Assembly (NCBI GenBank): GCA_963677935.2
Contig: CAXXEH010000003.1
Location: forward strand, 2,349,820 to 2,413,819
From: Prolixibacteraceae bacterium
GTDB lineage: Bacteria; Bacteroidota; Bacteroidia; Bacteroidales; Prolixibacteraceae
Reading direction: 5' to 3'
Length of the DNA stretch: 64,000 nt
Part shown: piece by piece, positions 49,826 through 60,087 of the stretch
How the letters are laid out: each line of letters begins with the position of its first letter
How positions within the stretch are numbered: the stretch's first letter is position 1
Position numbers and translations under genes: made by a program
The notes under the pieces: model-generated
What the model was told of the DNA's origin: nothing
The model's database searches: none
The model's input: only the letters and a program-made list of their open reading frames with translations

Positions 49826-52045
49826 TTATTGATTTGGCTTCCGAAGCGAGTGACTATGTCCGGGATCTCTCCCTTCATTACGTTCGGGGCGTGGACCACG
49901 ATCACCTCTATCACCTTCGCTGTGACCTTCAGGTTTTGGAAGTAAAGCCTTACGCGAAAGCTTTAGTTTTCCGGAACGCTGATCGATTTCAAGCAGTTTG
50001 ACCTCAATGATATCGCCAACTTTTAAAACGCTTTCAGGATTTTCGATCCGTTTCCAGTCGATCTCCGAAACATGTAAAAGACCCTCTTTCCCTGGCATAA
50101 TTTCAATAAAGGCGCCAAACTGAACAATAGACTTCACTTTACCCTTGTAAATTTCACCTACTTCGGGGAGTGCAACAATTGCCCTAATTCTGGCAATAGC
50201 AGCATCAATGGCATCTTTATCCGGTGCGCTGATTTCAATACGACCCTGGTCTTCAATCTCTTCAATTGAGATTGTCGCTTTGGTATCGGCCTGAATCTGC
50301 TGTATAATTTTACCACCAGGACCAATAACCGGTCCGATCATATCTTTTGGAATCATCATTGTGACAATCCGAGGAACATTTGGCTTGTAGTCATCGCGAG
50401 GTTCGTTGATCACCTCGAGTATTTTACCAAGAATATGTGCCCTACCCTCTTTGGCCTGCTGTAATGCTTTTGCCATTACTTCGTACGAAAGACCATCCAC
50501 CTTGATGTCCATCTGTGTTGCGGTAATCCCTTTGGTCGTTCCTGTAACCTTAAAATCCATATCCCCTAAATGATCTTCATCACCAAGAATATCGGAAAGA
50601 ACTGCAAATTTTTCAGAACCTTTATCGGTGATAAGCCCCATCGCGATACCGGATACTGGTCGTTTCAGGTGGATACCGGCATCAAGCATTGCCATGGTTC
50701 CGGCACAAACCGTTGCCATCGATGAAGAACCGTTCGACTCGAGAATATCAGAAACGATACGTACGATGTAAGGGAATCCTTCAGGTATCATCCTTTTCAA
50801 TCCGCGATGTGCCAGATTTCCATGCCCGATCTCTCTGCGTGAAAGTCCGCGTGGAACCTTAGCCTCACCTGTACTGAACGGCGGAAAATTATAATGGAGC
50901 AAAAAGCGCTCTCTCCCTTTAAGTGTAACGTTATCAATGATCTTTTCATCCATCTTTGTTCCGAGAGTGACACTGGTTAAAGCCTGTGTCTCTCCACGTG
51001 TGAAGATAGCTGAACCATGCGATCCGGGTAAGTAAGATACTTCACCCCAGATCGGCCTGATCTGAGTTGTGGAACGACCATCAAGACGAATACCATCATC
51101 AAGAATCATTCGACGCATGGCCTCTTTCTCGACGTCGTGGTAATAACGCGAAATCAAACCTTTATTGATTTCAGATGCCTCTTTACCAACGCTGTAAGCT
51201 TCGGTAAAATCCTCCTTTATCTTTGCGAAAGAACTTACACGCAAATGTTTATCATTGATCAGTGAACGGGCAGTGTCGTAAGCCTTCTGGTAGGTCTCTT
51301 TCCAGATCAGTTCGCGGAGTGTCTCATCATTCTGTTCATGACAATATTCCCTTTTTTGAACTCCGAGTTCAGCGGCTAATTCTTCCTGAATCTTACAGTG
51401 AATTTTGATGTTGTCGTGGGCAAATTTAATTGCAGCGAGCATCTCATCTTCCGATACCTCGTCCATTTCACCCTCAACCATCATGATGTTATCATACGAT
51501 GCCCCAACCATAATATCAATATCGGCGCCGGCAAGCTGTTCAGCTGATGGATTGAGAATAAACTTCCCGTCGATCCTGCTGACACGAACTTCAGAGATAG
51601 GTCCATTAAAAGGGATATCAGAAACTGCAATCGCAGCTGAGGCGGCCAATCCGGCAAGACAATCCGGCATTTCGTTTTTACCGGATGAGATCAACGCAAT
51701 CATCACCACAGTTTCAGCATGGTAATTATCGGGGAAAAGCGGGCGTAAAACACGGTCCACTAAACGGGCAGTCAGAATCTCATCGTCAGAAGGGCGTCCT
51801 TCTCTTTTAAGAAATCCACCCGGAAACCGACCTGCTGCTGAGAATTTTTCGCGATAGTCAACAGAAAGTGGCATGAAATCAACATTTTCAGCAGCCTCTC
51901 TTGCCGAAACTACCGTAGCAAGTAACATGGTATCACCCATTTTTACAACCACTGATCCGTCGGCCTGCTTAGCCAACTTCCCCGTTTCGATGTTAATCGT
52001 ACGTCCATCTCCCAGATCAATTGTCTTATTAACAGCTTTGTACAT
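49826..52045 (-). CDS. pnp: polyribonucleotide nucleotidyltransferase (PNPase)
   Basis: 739 aa with two RNase PH domains, a KH domain and an S1 domain ([20 protein letters not shown]). A ~35-aa R/G/D/E/H-rich tail follows. Confidence 0.95.
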   Translation of the reverse strand: MYKAVNKTIDLGDGRTINIETGKLAKQADGSVVVKMGDTMLLATVVSAREAAENVDFMPLSVDYREKFSAAGRFPGGFLKREGRPSDDEILTARLVDRVLRPLFPDNYHAETVVMIALISSGKNEMPDCLAGLAASAAIAVSDIPFNGPISEVRVSRIDGKFILNPSAEQLAGADIDIMVGASYDNIMMVEGEMDEVSEDEMLAAIKFAHDNIKIHCKIQEELAAELGVQKREYCHEQNDETLRELIWKETYQKAYDTARSLINDKHLRVSSFAKIKEDFTEAYSVGKEASEINKGLISRYYHDVEKEAMRRMILDDGIRLDGRSTTQIRPIWGEVSYLPGSHGSAIFTRGETQALTSVTLGTKMDEKIIDNVTLKGRERFLLHYNFPPFSTGEAKVPRGLSRREIGHGNLAHRGLKRMIPEGFPYIVRIVSDILESNGSSSMATVCAGTMAMLDAGIHLKRPVSGIAMGLITDKGSEKFAVLSDILGDEDHLGDMDFKVTGTTKGITATQMDIKVDGLSYEVMAKALQQAKEGRAHILGKILEVINEPRDDYKPNVPRIVTMMIPKDMIGPVIGPGGKIIQQIQADTKATISIEEIEDQGRIEISAPDKDAIDAAIARIRAIVALPEVGEIYKGKVKSIVQFGAFIEIMPGKEGLLHVSEIDWKRIENPESVLKVGDIIEVKLLEIDQRSGKLKLSRKALLPKPEGHSEGDRGDRGPRPERNEGRDPGHSHSLRKPNQ

Positions 52046-52107
52046 AATTTAAAAAAAATAATTTTATTAATACTAAAAACAATGGGTGGGGCTTTTAAAA
52101 TATTCAA

Positions 52108-52135
52108 AAAAAGGCAATTCGAAAATTGCCTTTTT
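52108..52135 (-). terminator. rpsO terminator/attenuator hairpin upstream of pnp
   Basis: aaaaaggcaatt-cgaa-aattgccttttt. On the minus strand a T7 run follows. It lies 10 nt after the rpsO stop, in the classical rpsO-pnp arrangement. Confidence 0.7.
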
Positions 52136-52145
52136 AGGTTGTTCG

Positions 52146-52415
52146 TTATTTACGAAGATTGAGATCCTTAATAATTGCGCGGTAACGATCGATGTGTTTT
52201 CTTTTAAGATAATCGAGCAATGAGCGTCGTTTACCAACTAATCCGATCAGTGCACGCTGTGTTCCAAAATCCTTTTTGTTCACTTTCAGATGTTCTGTAA
52301 GGTGACTAATCCGGAAAGAGAAAAGTGCAATCTGTCCTTCGGCAGAACCAGTGTTCGTGGCGGTAACGCCATACTTTTCAAAAATCTCCTGCTTTTTTTC
52401 AGTAGTTAAATACAT
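52146..52415 (-). CDS. rpsO: 30S ribosomal protein S15
   Basis: 89 aa with GSAEGQIALFSFRISHLTEHLKVNKKD and LIGLVGKRRSLLDYL. Confidence 0.95.
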   Translation of the reverse strand: MYLTTEKKQEIFEKYGVTATNTGSAEGQIALFSFRISHLTEHLKVNKKDFGTQRALIGLVGKRRSLLDYLKRKHIDRYRAIIKDLNLRK

Positions 52416-52541
52416 TACTTTTTAAAATTTAAAATGATACAATTATTGCGCCGCAGTATTCGGGTTCGATAGCAACGGATCAACATTAATTAAAAACCGG
52501 CACAAATGTACTAAATTATCTCTAATTATTTAACGTTGTGG

Positions 52542-53714
52542 TTATCTTATTTTTCTGCTTCTCCCCATTGCATCCGCAGCAATCATCGCATTCAATACTT
52601 TTTCGGGAGTAATCAGGCCGGCTTCATGATGAATCCCTTCCTGCGGGTGGCAAGCTTTCAGGGCAACCTCCATCAATCTGCTTTTGTCAATTTGAACCAG
52701 TCCAATCGCTTCTAATGTGGTTGGAAGGCCGATCTTTTCACAAAAAGAGTAAACCGTTTCCATTTCGGCAGGTGAAGTATCCGTGAGATGAAGCCCCGCT
52801 AAAACACCAAAAGCCACCTTTTCTCCGTGGTAGTAGGCATGTGTTTCATTTAGTGCAGACAATCCGTTGTGTATCGAATGTGCAGAAGCGAGCCCTGCGC
52901 TTTCGAAACCTATGCCGCTTAAAAGAATGTTGGCCTCTACGATATGGTGCAAGGCTGCTGTGATGATCTTGTTTTCGGCTGCCATTTTTGCAGCTTCCCC
53001 ATATTGTAAAATGGTATCATAACAGAGTCTGGCAAGATTTAATCCTGCCAAGGTGCTATATCCGCCACACTCGTTCAACGAATGAGTGCGCTCGCACGAT
53101 CTGGCTTCAAACCATGTGGCTAAAGCATCGCCCATACCGGCTACAAGAAAACGGGCAGGCGCATTGGCAATGACATTCACATCGACCAGCACCACCTGAG
53201 GATTCATCTTTTGATAATAGACAGCTTCAAAAACCCCGTCATCGGAATAGATCACCGCACAACCACTGCATGGCGCATCGGTTGAAGCGATAGTAGGAAC
53301 AATAATTACAGGAATTCCGGCCCGGTCAGCCACAATTTTAGCCGTATCAATGGCCTTCCCACCACCTACGCCAACAAGGATATCAACCTTATTGCTGACC
53401 ACCAGATTATAAATTCGTTTCAATTCTGTCTCACAGCACTCACCGCCAAACTCCTCCTGAATTATTCCACCAACTGCATATTGCTGTACATACCTGCCTA
53501 AAATTGTCTTTATTGCGGTACGGGATGACAAAATCAGTCCCTTATCTCCAAAAGAGCTGATTATTTCAGGTAAATCGGCAATAATTCCTTCACCCTGGAG
53601 GTATTTCCCAGGGAACACCGACTTAAATGGCCTGAAAGATTTTGGGACGGATGTTTCTAATTGTTGCACGTTTTTACTTTCCTCTTGTAAACTGTCATTT
53701 GCATTTTGCATCAT
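52542..53714 (-). CDS. gldA: glycerol dehydrogenase (iron-containing ADH family)
   Basis: Colinear with GldA: GGGKAIDTAK, PTIASTDAPCS, GDALATWFEARSC, HNGLSAL, YHGEKVAFG. It has a ~25-aa N-terminal extension. Confidence 0.88.
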   Translation of the reverse strand: MMQNANDSLQEESKNVQQLETSVPKSFRPFKSVFPGKYLQGEGIIADLPEIISSFGDKGLILSSRTAIKTILGRYVQQYAVGGIIQEEFGGECCETELKRIYNLVVSNKVDILVGVGGGKAIDTAKIVADRAGIPVIIVPTIASTDAPCSGCAVIYSDDGVFEAVYYQKMNPQVVLVDVNVIANAPARFLVAGMGDALATWFEARSCERTHSLNECGGYSTLAGLNLARLCYDTILQYGEAAKMAAENKIITAALHHIVEANILLSGIGFESAGLASAHSIHNGLSALNETHAYYHGEKVAFGVLAGLHLTDTSPAEMETVYSFCEKIGLPTTLEAIGLVQIDKSRLMEVALKACHPQEGIHHEAGLITPEKVLNAMIAADAMGRSRKIR

Positions 53715-53854
53715 CTTTTCATTTACCAGGATTATTACTCGATCACATTTATTGAACTAATTTTCTCACGGGATGGCTTATTTTACCCTTACCAAAGTTA
53801 GTCATAAATTTGATTATTCGAACTTTACAAAAGCAATAATTTCAACATGATTCT

Positions 53855-54040
53855 TTACTTAGGGAATGCTTTTATGATTTTCTTTAACCTGCTGATCTCA
53901 AAATTGCTTAATACAATATTTGCGATAAAACCAATCCATAAAATCATGTTTCCATAGGGCCAGTGCTGCAGTCTGAATATTATTCCAGCTAAGATTAAAG
54001 TTCCGGAAATACCTAAAAGAACGTTCATCAACTTATTCAT
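53855..54040 (-). CDS. small two-TM membrane protein (61 aa) with FRLQHWPYG motif
   Basis: ATG-started ORF with two hydrophobic helices. The HWP-G motif resembles that in GldL-type N-termini, but it is too short for firm assignment. Confidence 0.45.
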   Translation of the reverse strand: MNKLMNVLLGISGTLILAGIIFRLQHWPYGNMILWIGFIANIVLSNFEISRLKKIIKAFPK

Positions 54041-54264
54041 ATTCAGTTTGTTTTAAATCTTTAATGTAAACTTAGTTTAATTCCTGTTGCAAAACACTTT
54101 TTCTGAAATTATTTTATGTAATTATTCATGAGTTATTTGCTTGTATAATACGTAGTTTAATGAATTCTTATCCTACGGGTAGAGTTTTCTGGCACTCTCA
54201 ATCGTATCACTCTAAAAACCTTGTGACTTTACCTTATTTTAGTATGCCTTTCTGGACGATTACA

Positions 54265-55491
54265 TTAAAATGGCACCCCCATATTTAATGACCAAGCGTA
54301 GGTATGCATACGCTGTACCTCATCACTTAATATTGGTGTACCCTGACTGTATTTTAGGTCAATTTGCAATGTTTGTCTTTTGTAAATATTGAAGATGCAC
54401 CCAATGCCTGCAACCATACCAAAATTTGAATTCTCGAACTGATTGTCTGTAGATGTTCCCTGATTGCTGGTTCCCGAACCAATTTGGACATAACGAGTAC
54501 TTTTAAAATCAGTTTTAACAGAATAGTTTATAAACACACCACCCTGGAATACAGGTCGGATTTTTCCCCTGGGGAATTCATACCGCATTACAAACGTGTT
54601 GTTAATCGACTTGAAAGTTACCTCCAGATCGTTGTGATAATTAGTACTACTGGATTTAACATTGCTTGCTTTAAAGGTTTTGCTGTCATAAAATGTTTCG
54701 TACTGGAAAAAGAGCCTTTCGTTGAGCGAAGGTAAACTTACTTTTAGAAACAGTCCAAAAGATGGGTTGGTTACGGAATTAAAATCTTTTACATATTCAA
54801 TATCGCCATAGATTTTGGTAGCCATGTTCATAAAATTCATTCCGGCAAAAGGGCCAACAGAGAGGGAAACTTTGGGTACTTTCTTTTCATAGATAATGCA
54901 TTTGCCATTTTTACAAACCTCATCGTTATAATCTTTTGCAATCCTGATCAAAGACTGATGATCCAATTTTACATTGTCGGTTTTGTTTATAACACCTGGG
55001 GCATCCTTAAATTCGTATTTTAATGTTCCCACATATCGTTTAACTTCCTTTACATATTTTGTATTTCCAACTTCAATCTCTTTTTGCTCTTTAATCAATG
55101 GAACCAGGTTACCTTCTTCTTTTTCCAAAAAATAATGTTCATTTGTTCCTTCGCGGTAATAATAGATGTTGGCTATGCCGTTAATGAGAAATTCGAGAAA
55201 CAAATGCTTTTCGCCATCCGTGGTGTTGACTTTTTTTGACACATAATATTTGCTGTCAGTATATCGGTAAGCCTTTATCTCATCGGGCAAATAGGTTCGC
55301 ATTTCCGATTCGCCGCTTTTAATGAATAGGCATCTTTTCGCATTGCTGCGGTTCCCTTTGTAATCTATTTGCCCCACAACAGTATCATTCTTGTTGGTAA
55401 TGATATACCCATCCCGGAAATCGGATTGGGAATAAGCGGTTTTAACAAAAACGACAGAGCCTATCAAGACCAGTAAAATAAATTGTTTCAT
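54265..55491 (-). CDS. outer-membrane beta-barrel protein with N-terminal soluble domain (unknown family)
   Basis: 408 aa with a signal peptide. The C-terminal ~200 aa show an alternating-hydrophobic beta-strand pattern and end in GVPF, a terminal aromatic typical of OMPs. Confidence 0.6.
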   Translation of the reverse strand: MKQFILLVLIGSVVFVKTAYSQSDFRDGYIITNKNDTVVGQIDYKGNRSNAKRCLFIKSGESEMRTYLPDEIKAYRYTDSKYYVSKKVNTTDGEKHLFLEFLINGIANIYYYREGTNEHYFLEKEEGNLVPLIKEQKEIEVGNTKYVKEVKRYVGTLKYEFKDAPGVINKTDNVKLDHQSLIRIAKDYNDEVCKNGKCIIYEKKVPKVSLSVGPFAGMNFMNMATKIYGDIEYVKDFNSVTNPSFGLFLKVSLPSLNERLFFQYETFYDSKTFKASNVKSSSTNYHNDLEVTFKSINNTFVMRYEFPRGKIRPVFQGGVFINYSVKTDFKSTRYVQIGSGTSNQGTSTDNQFENSNFGMVAGIGCIFNIYKRQTLQIDLKYSQGTPILSDEVQRMHTYAWSLNMGVPF

Positions 55492-55650
55492 TTTGCGTTC
55501 GGATAATAAAAATTTCTAATCGTAAAGCTTTTCGACTTCGCCCCGTTTTTTAATTGGTTTCTGATCTCCACTTTTACATTTTCTTACTTTTGCTCACTAT
55601 GGTCTAATATCAATTATAAAGCCATCCTATTTTCGGTTCCTTAGTTGTTT

Positions 55651-58600
55651 TTAATCTTTAACACAGCGCACAGAGAATCCATAAGTCTGAAAAATAGGAG
55701 AATAACCAAAATTTGAATCAGCCGCACTCAATGTTATGCTCCAGGCTTCGGTTGATGAAAGAAAACCGGAACACCAGAATTGACAATAATTACCCAAATC
55801 AAAAAATGCTCCACTAAACATACGTTTACCTCCGGGAAGCGCAGTAAAACCGAATGCATTAGTTGCACCTGCATTGGGACTTAGCCAATGATTAGTTCCG
55901 GTTTCTTTTAAAATGCCTCCAGCAGTGGTAGTCCCCGCTCCCAAACTAGACCACAATGCCGTCCAATCGTCATAAGTAGGCACATGCCATCCTGCAGGAG
56001 CCAACTTCCCGGTATTTACTGTAGACCAATTATATAAAGCGCCATATGGATTTTTATACGATATGTCGTTATTGTACCAGCAATATCCGGGAGTAGTCAG
56101 AGCACTCCATTCCGTATTATCGGTAACCAATGGAATTGGTGTACCATCGTTATATTTTGTTGCACTCAGATTTTCAACCAACCAAACCTGCGTGCCTATC
56201 GTTACACTGGAATAACCATTTCCGTCATTGTCCATTACAGCGAATGTCTTAAATGATTTCACATCGCCATAAGAAGTACCGGCAGAGTTGGTTGCATATG
56301 CCCTTGCATTTAAAGATGTATTTGGTGGCAAAGCTGTCAGGTTACTTATAAAACTTCCGGCCCCGGTTCCATCTGCCGTCTTACTGTCTGAAACAGTAGG
56401 TGTTGCACCCGTACTCCAGCATACACCACGCGCAGTGATGGGTGCATCCCCATCGCTGGTAATGGTTCCACCACTGATAGCTGTTATATCTTTTATCCCA
56501 CTTACATTGGAGGTCGTTAAAACAGGCGGTGTTGGCGCCAAAGTTCTAAAAGAAACAGCACTACCATATCCGGTACCATCAAGATTGGTGGCATAGGCAC
56601 GCACATAATAAGTAATACCTGCCGTTAACCCACTCAGGTTGCTTGTAAAACTTCCCGTCCCTGTTCCATCTGTTGTTTTGCTGTCTAAAATAGTTGGCGT
56701 TGCACCAGTACTCCAGCAAACACCGCGTGCAGTGATTGTCAGACCACCTGCGTTTGTTATGTTTCCACCACCGGTAGCTGAAATTTTTGTTATTTCACTT
56801 AAATCGGATGTTGTTAAAACCGGGGGAGTTGGAGGTAAGGTAATAAACGAAACAATAGTGCCATATCCTGTACCTTCACTATTGGTGGCATATGCACGCA
56901 TATAATAGGTTGTGCCTGCAGATAAACCGGTAAGGTTGCTTATAAAACCACCTGTGCCTGTTCCGTTTGTTGTTTTGCTGTTTAAAATAGTTGGCGTAGC
57001 GCCTGTACTCCAGCAAACACCACGTGCAATGATCGTTGCTCCCCCATCGTTGGTGATGGTTCCACCACTGATAGCCGTGTATTTTGTGATTTCACTTACT
57101 ACAGATGTCGCTAAAAAGGGTGGGGTTAGCGGTAATGTTTTAAACGAAACAGCGCTCCCATATCCCGTACCATCACTATTGGTCGCATAGGCACGTAGAT
57201 AATAGGTTGTGTTTGGGGTTAAACTGTTCACGTTACTTGTAAAACTACCGGCGCCTGTTCCATCTGTTGTTTTACCGTCGGCAATAGTTGGTGTCAGGCC
57301 GGTACTCCAGCAAACACCACGGGCAGTAACTGTCAGACCCCCATCACTTGTAATATTTCCACCACTGATTGCTGTAAAATAGGTTATTCCACTTGCTTCA
57401 GTTGTTGTTAAAACAGGTGGGGTCAGCGGTAATGTTTTAAACGAAATCGCGCTCCCATATCCTGTACCACCACTATTGGTCGCATATGCACGCACATAAT
57501 AGGTTGTGCCTGCGGATAAACCATCCAGACTGCTTATAAAATTTCCCGTTCCATTTCCATCTGTTGTTTTGCTGTTTAATATAGTTGGCGTTGCCCCCAT
57601 ACTCCAGCAAACACCACGTGCGATGATCGTAGCTCCCCCATCGTTTGTAATGGTTCCACCACTGGCAGCTGTAATTTTTGTGATTCCACTAACATCGGAG
57701 GTGGCTAAAACGGGTGGTGTAGGCGATAATGTTGTAAATGAAACAGCACTCCCATATCCTGTACCTTCACTGTTGGTGGCAAAAGCACGTACATAATAAG
57801 TGATACCAGCGGATAAACCAGTTAAATTACCTGTAAAACTTCCCGTTCCTGTTATTTCTGTCGTTTTGCTGTCCGAAATAGTTGGGGTGGCGCCTGTACT
57901 CCAGCAAATGCCACGTATCGTTACCGTTGCTCCTCCATCACTTAGAATGTTTCCGCCACTTTTTGCAGAAATTTTAGTTATTTCAGTCGCATCTGATGTT
58001 GTTAAAACAGGTGGGGTCAGCGACAGTGTTTTAAACGAAACAGCGCTCCCATAGGCTGTACCATCACTATTGGTGGCATATGCACGTATGTAATAAGTTG
58101 TGCCCGGTGACAGACCACTCAGGTTGCCCGTAAAACTTCCGGCGCCTGTTCCATCTGTTGTTTTGCTGTCTGAAATGGTTGGAGAGGCCCCAGTGCTCCA
58201 GCAAACACCTCGTGCAGATACGGTTAAACCCCCGTCGCTCGAAATGGTTCCACCACTTTTAGCAGTTATATAACTTATTGAACTTACATCGGTGGTGGTT
58301 AAAACAGGTAGTGCCAGGGCCTGCGTTGTAAATGAAACAGCATTCCCATATCCTGTTCCAACGCTGGTGGTGGCATAGGCCCGTACATAATAAGTGGTGC
58401 TGGCTGATAATCCGTTCAGGTTACTTGTAAAACTACCGGCTCCCGTTCCATCATTTGTTTTACTGTCCAAAATGGTTGGCGTGGCACCCGTACTCCAGCA
58501 TACGCCATGTGCAGTGATCGTTGAACCACCATCGCTGGTAATGCTTCCACCACTGGCAGCTGTATTTTTTGTTATTCCACTTACAGTAAATGTTGTCAGA

Positions 58601-59595
58601 ACGGGGGGGGTAAGCGCTATTGTTGTAAATGAAACAGCGCTCCCGTATCCTGTGCCATTACTATTGGTCGCATAGGCACGCACATAATAGGTTGTACCTG
58701 GTAATAAATTATTTAGATTGGTTGTGAAAATTCCGGCGCCTGTTCCTTCTGTTGTTTTGCTGTCTGAAATGGTTGGCGTGGCCCCTGTACTCCAGCAAAC
58801 ACCACGGGCAGTAATCATTGAACCTCCATCGTTTGTAATGTTTCCGCCACTTTTCGCGGTAGAATAGGTTATAACACTTACATCGGCAGTTGTTAAAACA
58901 GGTAGTGTCAGCGCTAATGTGCTAAATGAGACAGCGCTCCCGTAACTTGTACCATCACTATTGGTGGCATATGCGCGAAGATAATAGGTTGTGCCTGGCA
59001 ATAAACCAATTGGACTACTGATATAACTTCCGGCACCCGTTCCATCTGTTGTTTTGCTGGCTGCAATAGTTGGCGTGGTACCCGTACTCCAGCAAACTCC
59101 ACGTACAGATACGGTAAGACCTCCATCGCTCGTGATGTTTCCACCACTTTTAGCACTTGTATAACTGATTCCACTTACATCGGAGGTTATTAAAACGGGT
59201 GGAGTGAGTGCTGATGTTGTAAATGAAACAGCGCTCCCGTATCCTGTACCATCACCATTGGTAGCAAATGCCCGCAGATTATAGGTGGTGCCCGGCAATA
59301 ATCCTGTTAAATTGCTGGTAAAACTTCCGTTACCTGGCCCATCGGATGTTTTGGCGTCTGAAATAGTTGGCGTGGCCCCTGTACTCCAGCAAACACCGCG
59401 TGCAATAATGGTCAGACCCTTATCGTCGGTGATACTTCCTCCACTGATCGCAGAAATTTTCGTTATTCCATTTACAGCTGATGTTGTTATTACAGGAGCT
59501 CCTTTTACCTTATCCTTTTTACAACCATTCGTAATAATTAATAAAAATCCAATGGCAATGAACAGATAAATCCAAATACTGCTTTCTTTTCTCAT
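55651..59595 (-). CDS. giant surface lipoprotein: 11 x 99-aa GVCWS (FN3/Ig-like) modules + C-terminal FISUMP (Fibrobacter succinogenes major paralogous, TIGR02145-type) domain
   Basis: 1314 aa with lipoprotein signal ...LLIITNGC (Cys25). There are eleven modules, each with [RH]G[VI]CWS..PT[IV]..KT.DG.G.G.F...L.GL...T.YY.RA[YF]ATN..GTGYG...SF.T. The last 197 aa (55651-56244) end GFSVRCVKD. Confidence 0.85.
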   Translation of the reverse strand: MRKESSIWIYLFIAIGFLLIITNGCKKDKVKGAPVITTSAVNGITKISAISGGSITDDKGLTIIARGVCWSTGATPTISDAKTSDGPGNGSFTSNLTGLLPGTTYNLRAFATNGDGTGYGSAVSFTTSALTPPVLITSDVSGISYTSAKSGGNITSDGGLTVSVRGVCWSTGTTPTIAASKTTDGTGAGSYISSPIGLLPGTTYYLRAYATNSDGTSYGSAVSFSTLALTLPVLTTADVSVITYSTAKSGGNITNDGGSMITARGVCWSTGATPTISDSKTTEGTGAGIFTTNLNNLLPGTTYYVRAYATNSNGTGYGSAVSFTTIALTPPVLTTFTVSGITKNTAASGGSITSDGGSTITAHGVCWSTGATPTILDSKTNDGTGAGSFTSNLNGLSASTTYYVRAYATTSVGTGYGNAVSFTTQALALPVLTTTDVSSISYITAKSGGTISSDGGLTVSARGVCWSTGASPTISDSKTTDGTGAGSFTGNLSGLSPGTTYYIRAYATNSDGTAYGSAVSFKTLSLTPPVLTTSDATEITKISAKSGGNILSDGGATVTIRGICWSTGATPTISDSKTTEITGTGSFTGNLTGLSAGITYYVRAFATNSEGTGYGSAVSFTTLSPTPPVLATSDVSGITKITAASGGTITNDGGATIIARGVCWSMGATPTILNSKTTDGNGTGNFISSLDGLSAGTTYYVRAYATNSGGTGYGSAISFKTLPLTPPVLTTTEASGITYFTAISGGNITSDGGLTVTARGVCWSTGLTPTIADGKTTDGTGAGSFTSNVNSLTPNTTYYLRAYATNSDGTGYGSAVSFKTLPLTPPFLATSVVSEITKYTAISGGTITNDGGATIIARGVCWSTGATPTILNSKTTNGTGTGGFISNLTGLSAGTTYYMRAYATNSEGTGYGTIVSFITLPPTPPVLTTSDLSEITKISATGGGNITNAGGLTITARGVCWSTGATPTILDSKTTDGTGTGSFTSNLSGLTAGITYYVRAYATNLDGTGYGSAVSFRTLAPTPPVLTTSNVSGIKDITAISGGTITSDGDAPITARGVCWSTGATPTVSDSKTADGTGAGSFISNLTALPPNTSLNARAYATNSAGTSYGDVKSFKTFAVMDNDGNGYSSVTIGTQVWLVENLSATKYNDGTPIPLVTDNTEWSALTTPGYCWYNNDISYKNPYGALYNWSTVNTGKLAPAGWHVPTYDDWTALWSSLGAGTTTAGGILKETGTNHWLSPNAGATNAFGFTALPGGKRMFSGAFFDLGNYCQFWCSGFLSSTEAWSITLSAADSNFGYSPIFQTYGFSVRCVKD
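56245..59499 (-). repeat. in-frame 297-bp tandem coding repeat array (11 units)
   Basis: The exact 297-bp period shows in the spacing of the repeated antisense ORF shadows (57506, 57800, 58394, 59285 differ by multiples of 297, +/-3) and in the protein modules. Confidence 0.9.
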
Positions 59596-60011
59596 TTTAC
59601 TTTAGAATTATTATTTCGTTTCAGAATGATTTGTTATCCCATTTCCAGTGAAGGTGAATTAGGTACAACAGGTCACGGGATTATTGATTTAATACCGTAA
59701 AAGTAGCTTAATTGCAATTACAAAATAAATATTAGGAATTAATTTTATGTAAATATTTTGTGGTTATACTTCTGGATTCAATGGGATTTGAATTCAAAAT
59801 TATGTCAGAACTATTTTCAAGTTGAGATCTTCCTTCCGGTTAATGTAAATTTGAGTACCATTGTTGTAGATTTCCTAACGGTCATTGCTTTTTTGGCTAC
59901 AGCGACTATGCCGAAGCAAACACCTTTTATGGTATTACCTGGATTTGGGTTGACCTTATGAACGGCAACTCTGCTTTTATTGAACACACTGATTGTCAAC
60001 TATCCTATCAT

Positions 60012-60040
60012 TGTTGTGCGGATTAAACACCCGCACAACA
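60012..60040 (-). terminator. 10-bp hairpin downstream of the second giant gene (terminator candidate)
   Basis: tgttgtgcgg-attaaacac-ccgcacaaca, 48 nt past the stop at 60088. There is no strong T-run. Confidence 0.35.
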
Positions 60041-60087
60041 CATAGTATATTGACTTATAATTGTATTTAATCAGTCATCAATAGGCA

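Noticed and set aside
49738-49914. Extended 275-aa version of the deoxynucleoside kinase ORF overlapping the 3' end of pnp
   Set aside because: The extension ([16 protein letters not shown]...) is non-homologous-looking and overlaps pnp by 89 nt. The internal ATG at 49737 sits directly before the P-loop, as in dNK family proteins.
59596-60087. Invertible promoter (phase-variation switch) or small genes (ORFs 59758-59961 and 59817-59999) between the two giant genes
   Set aside because: I found no convincing flanking inverted repeats and no recombinase nearby. The two overlapping small ORFs have no motif or signal features.
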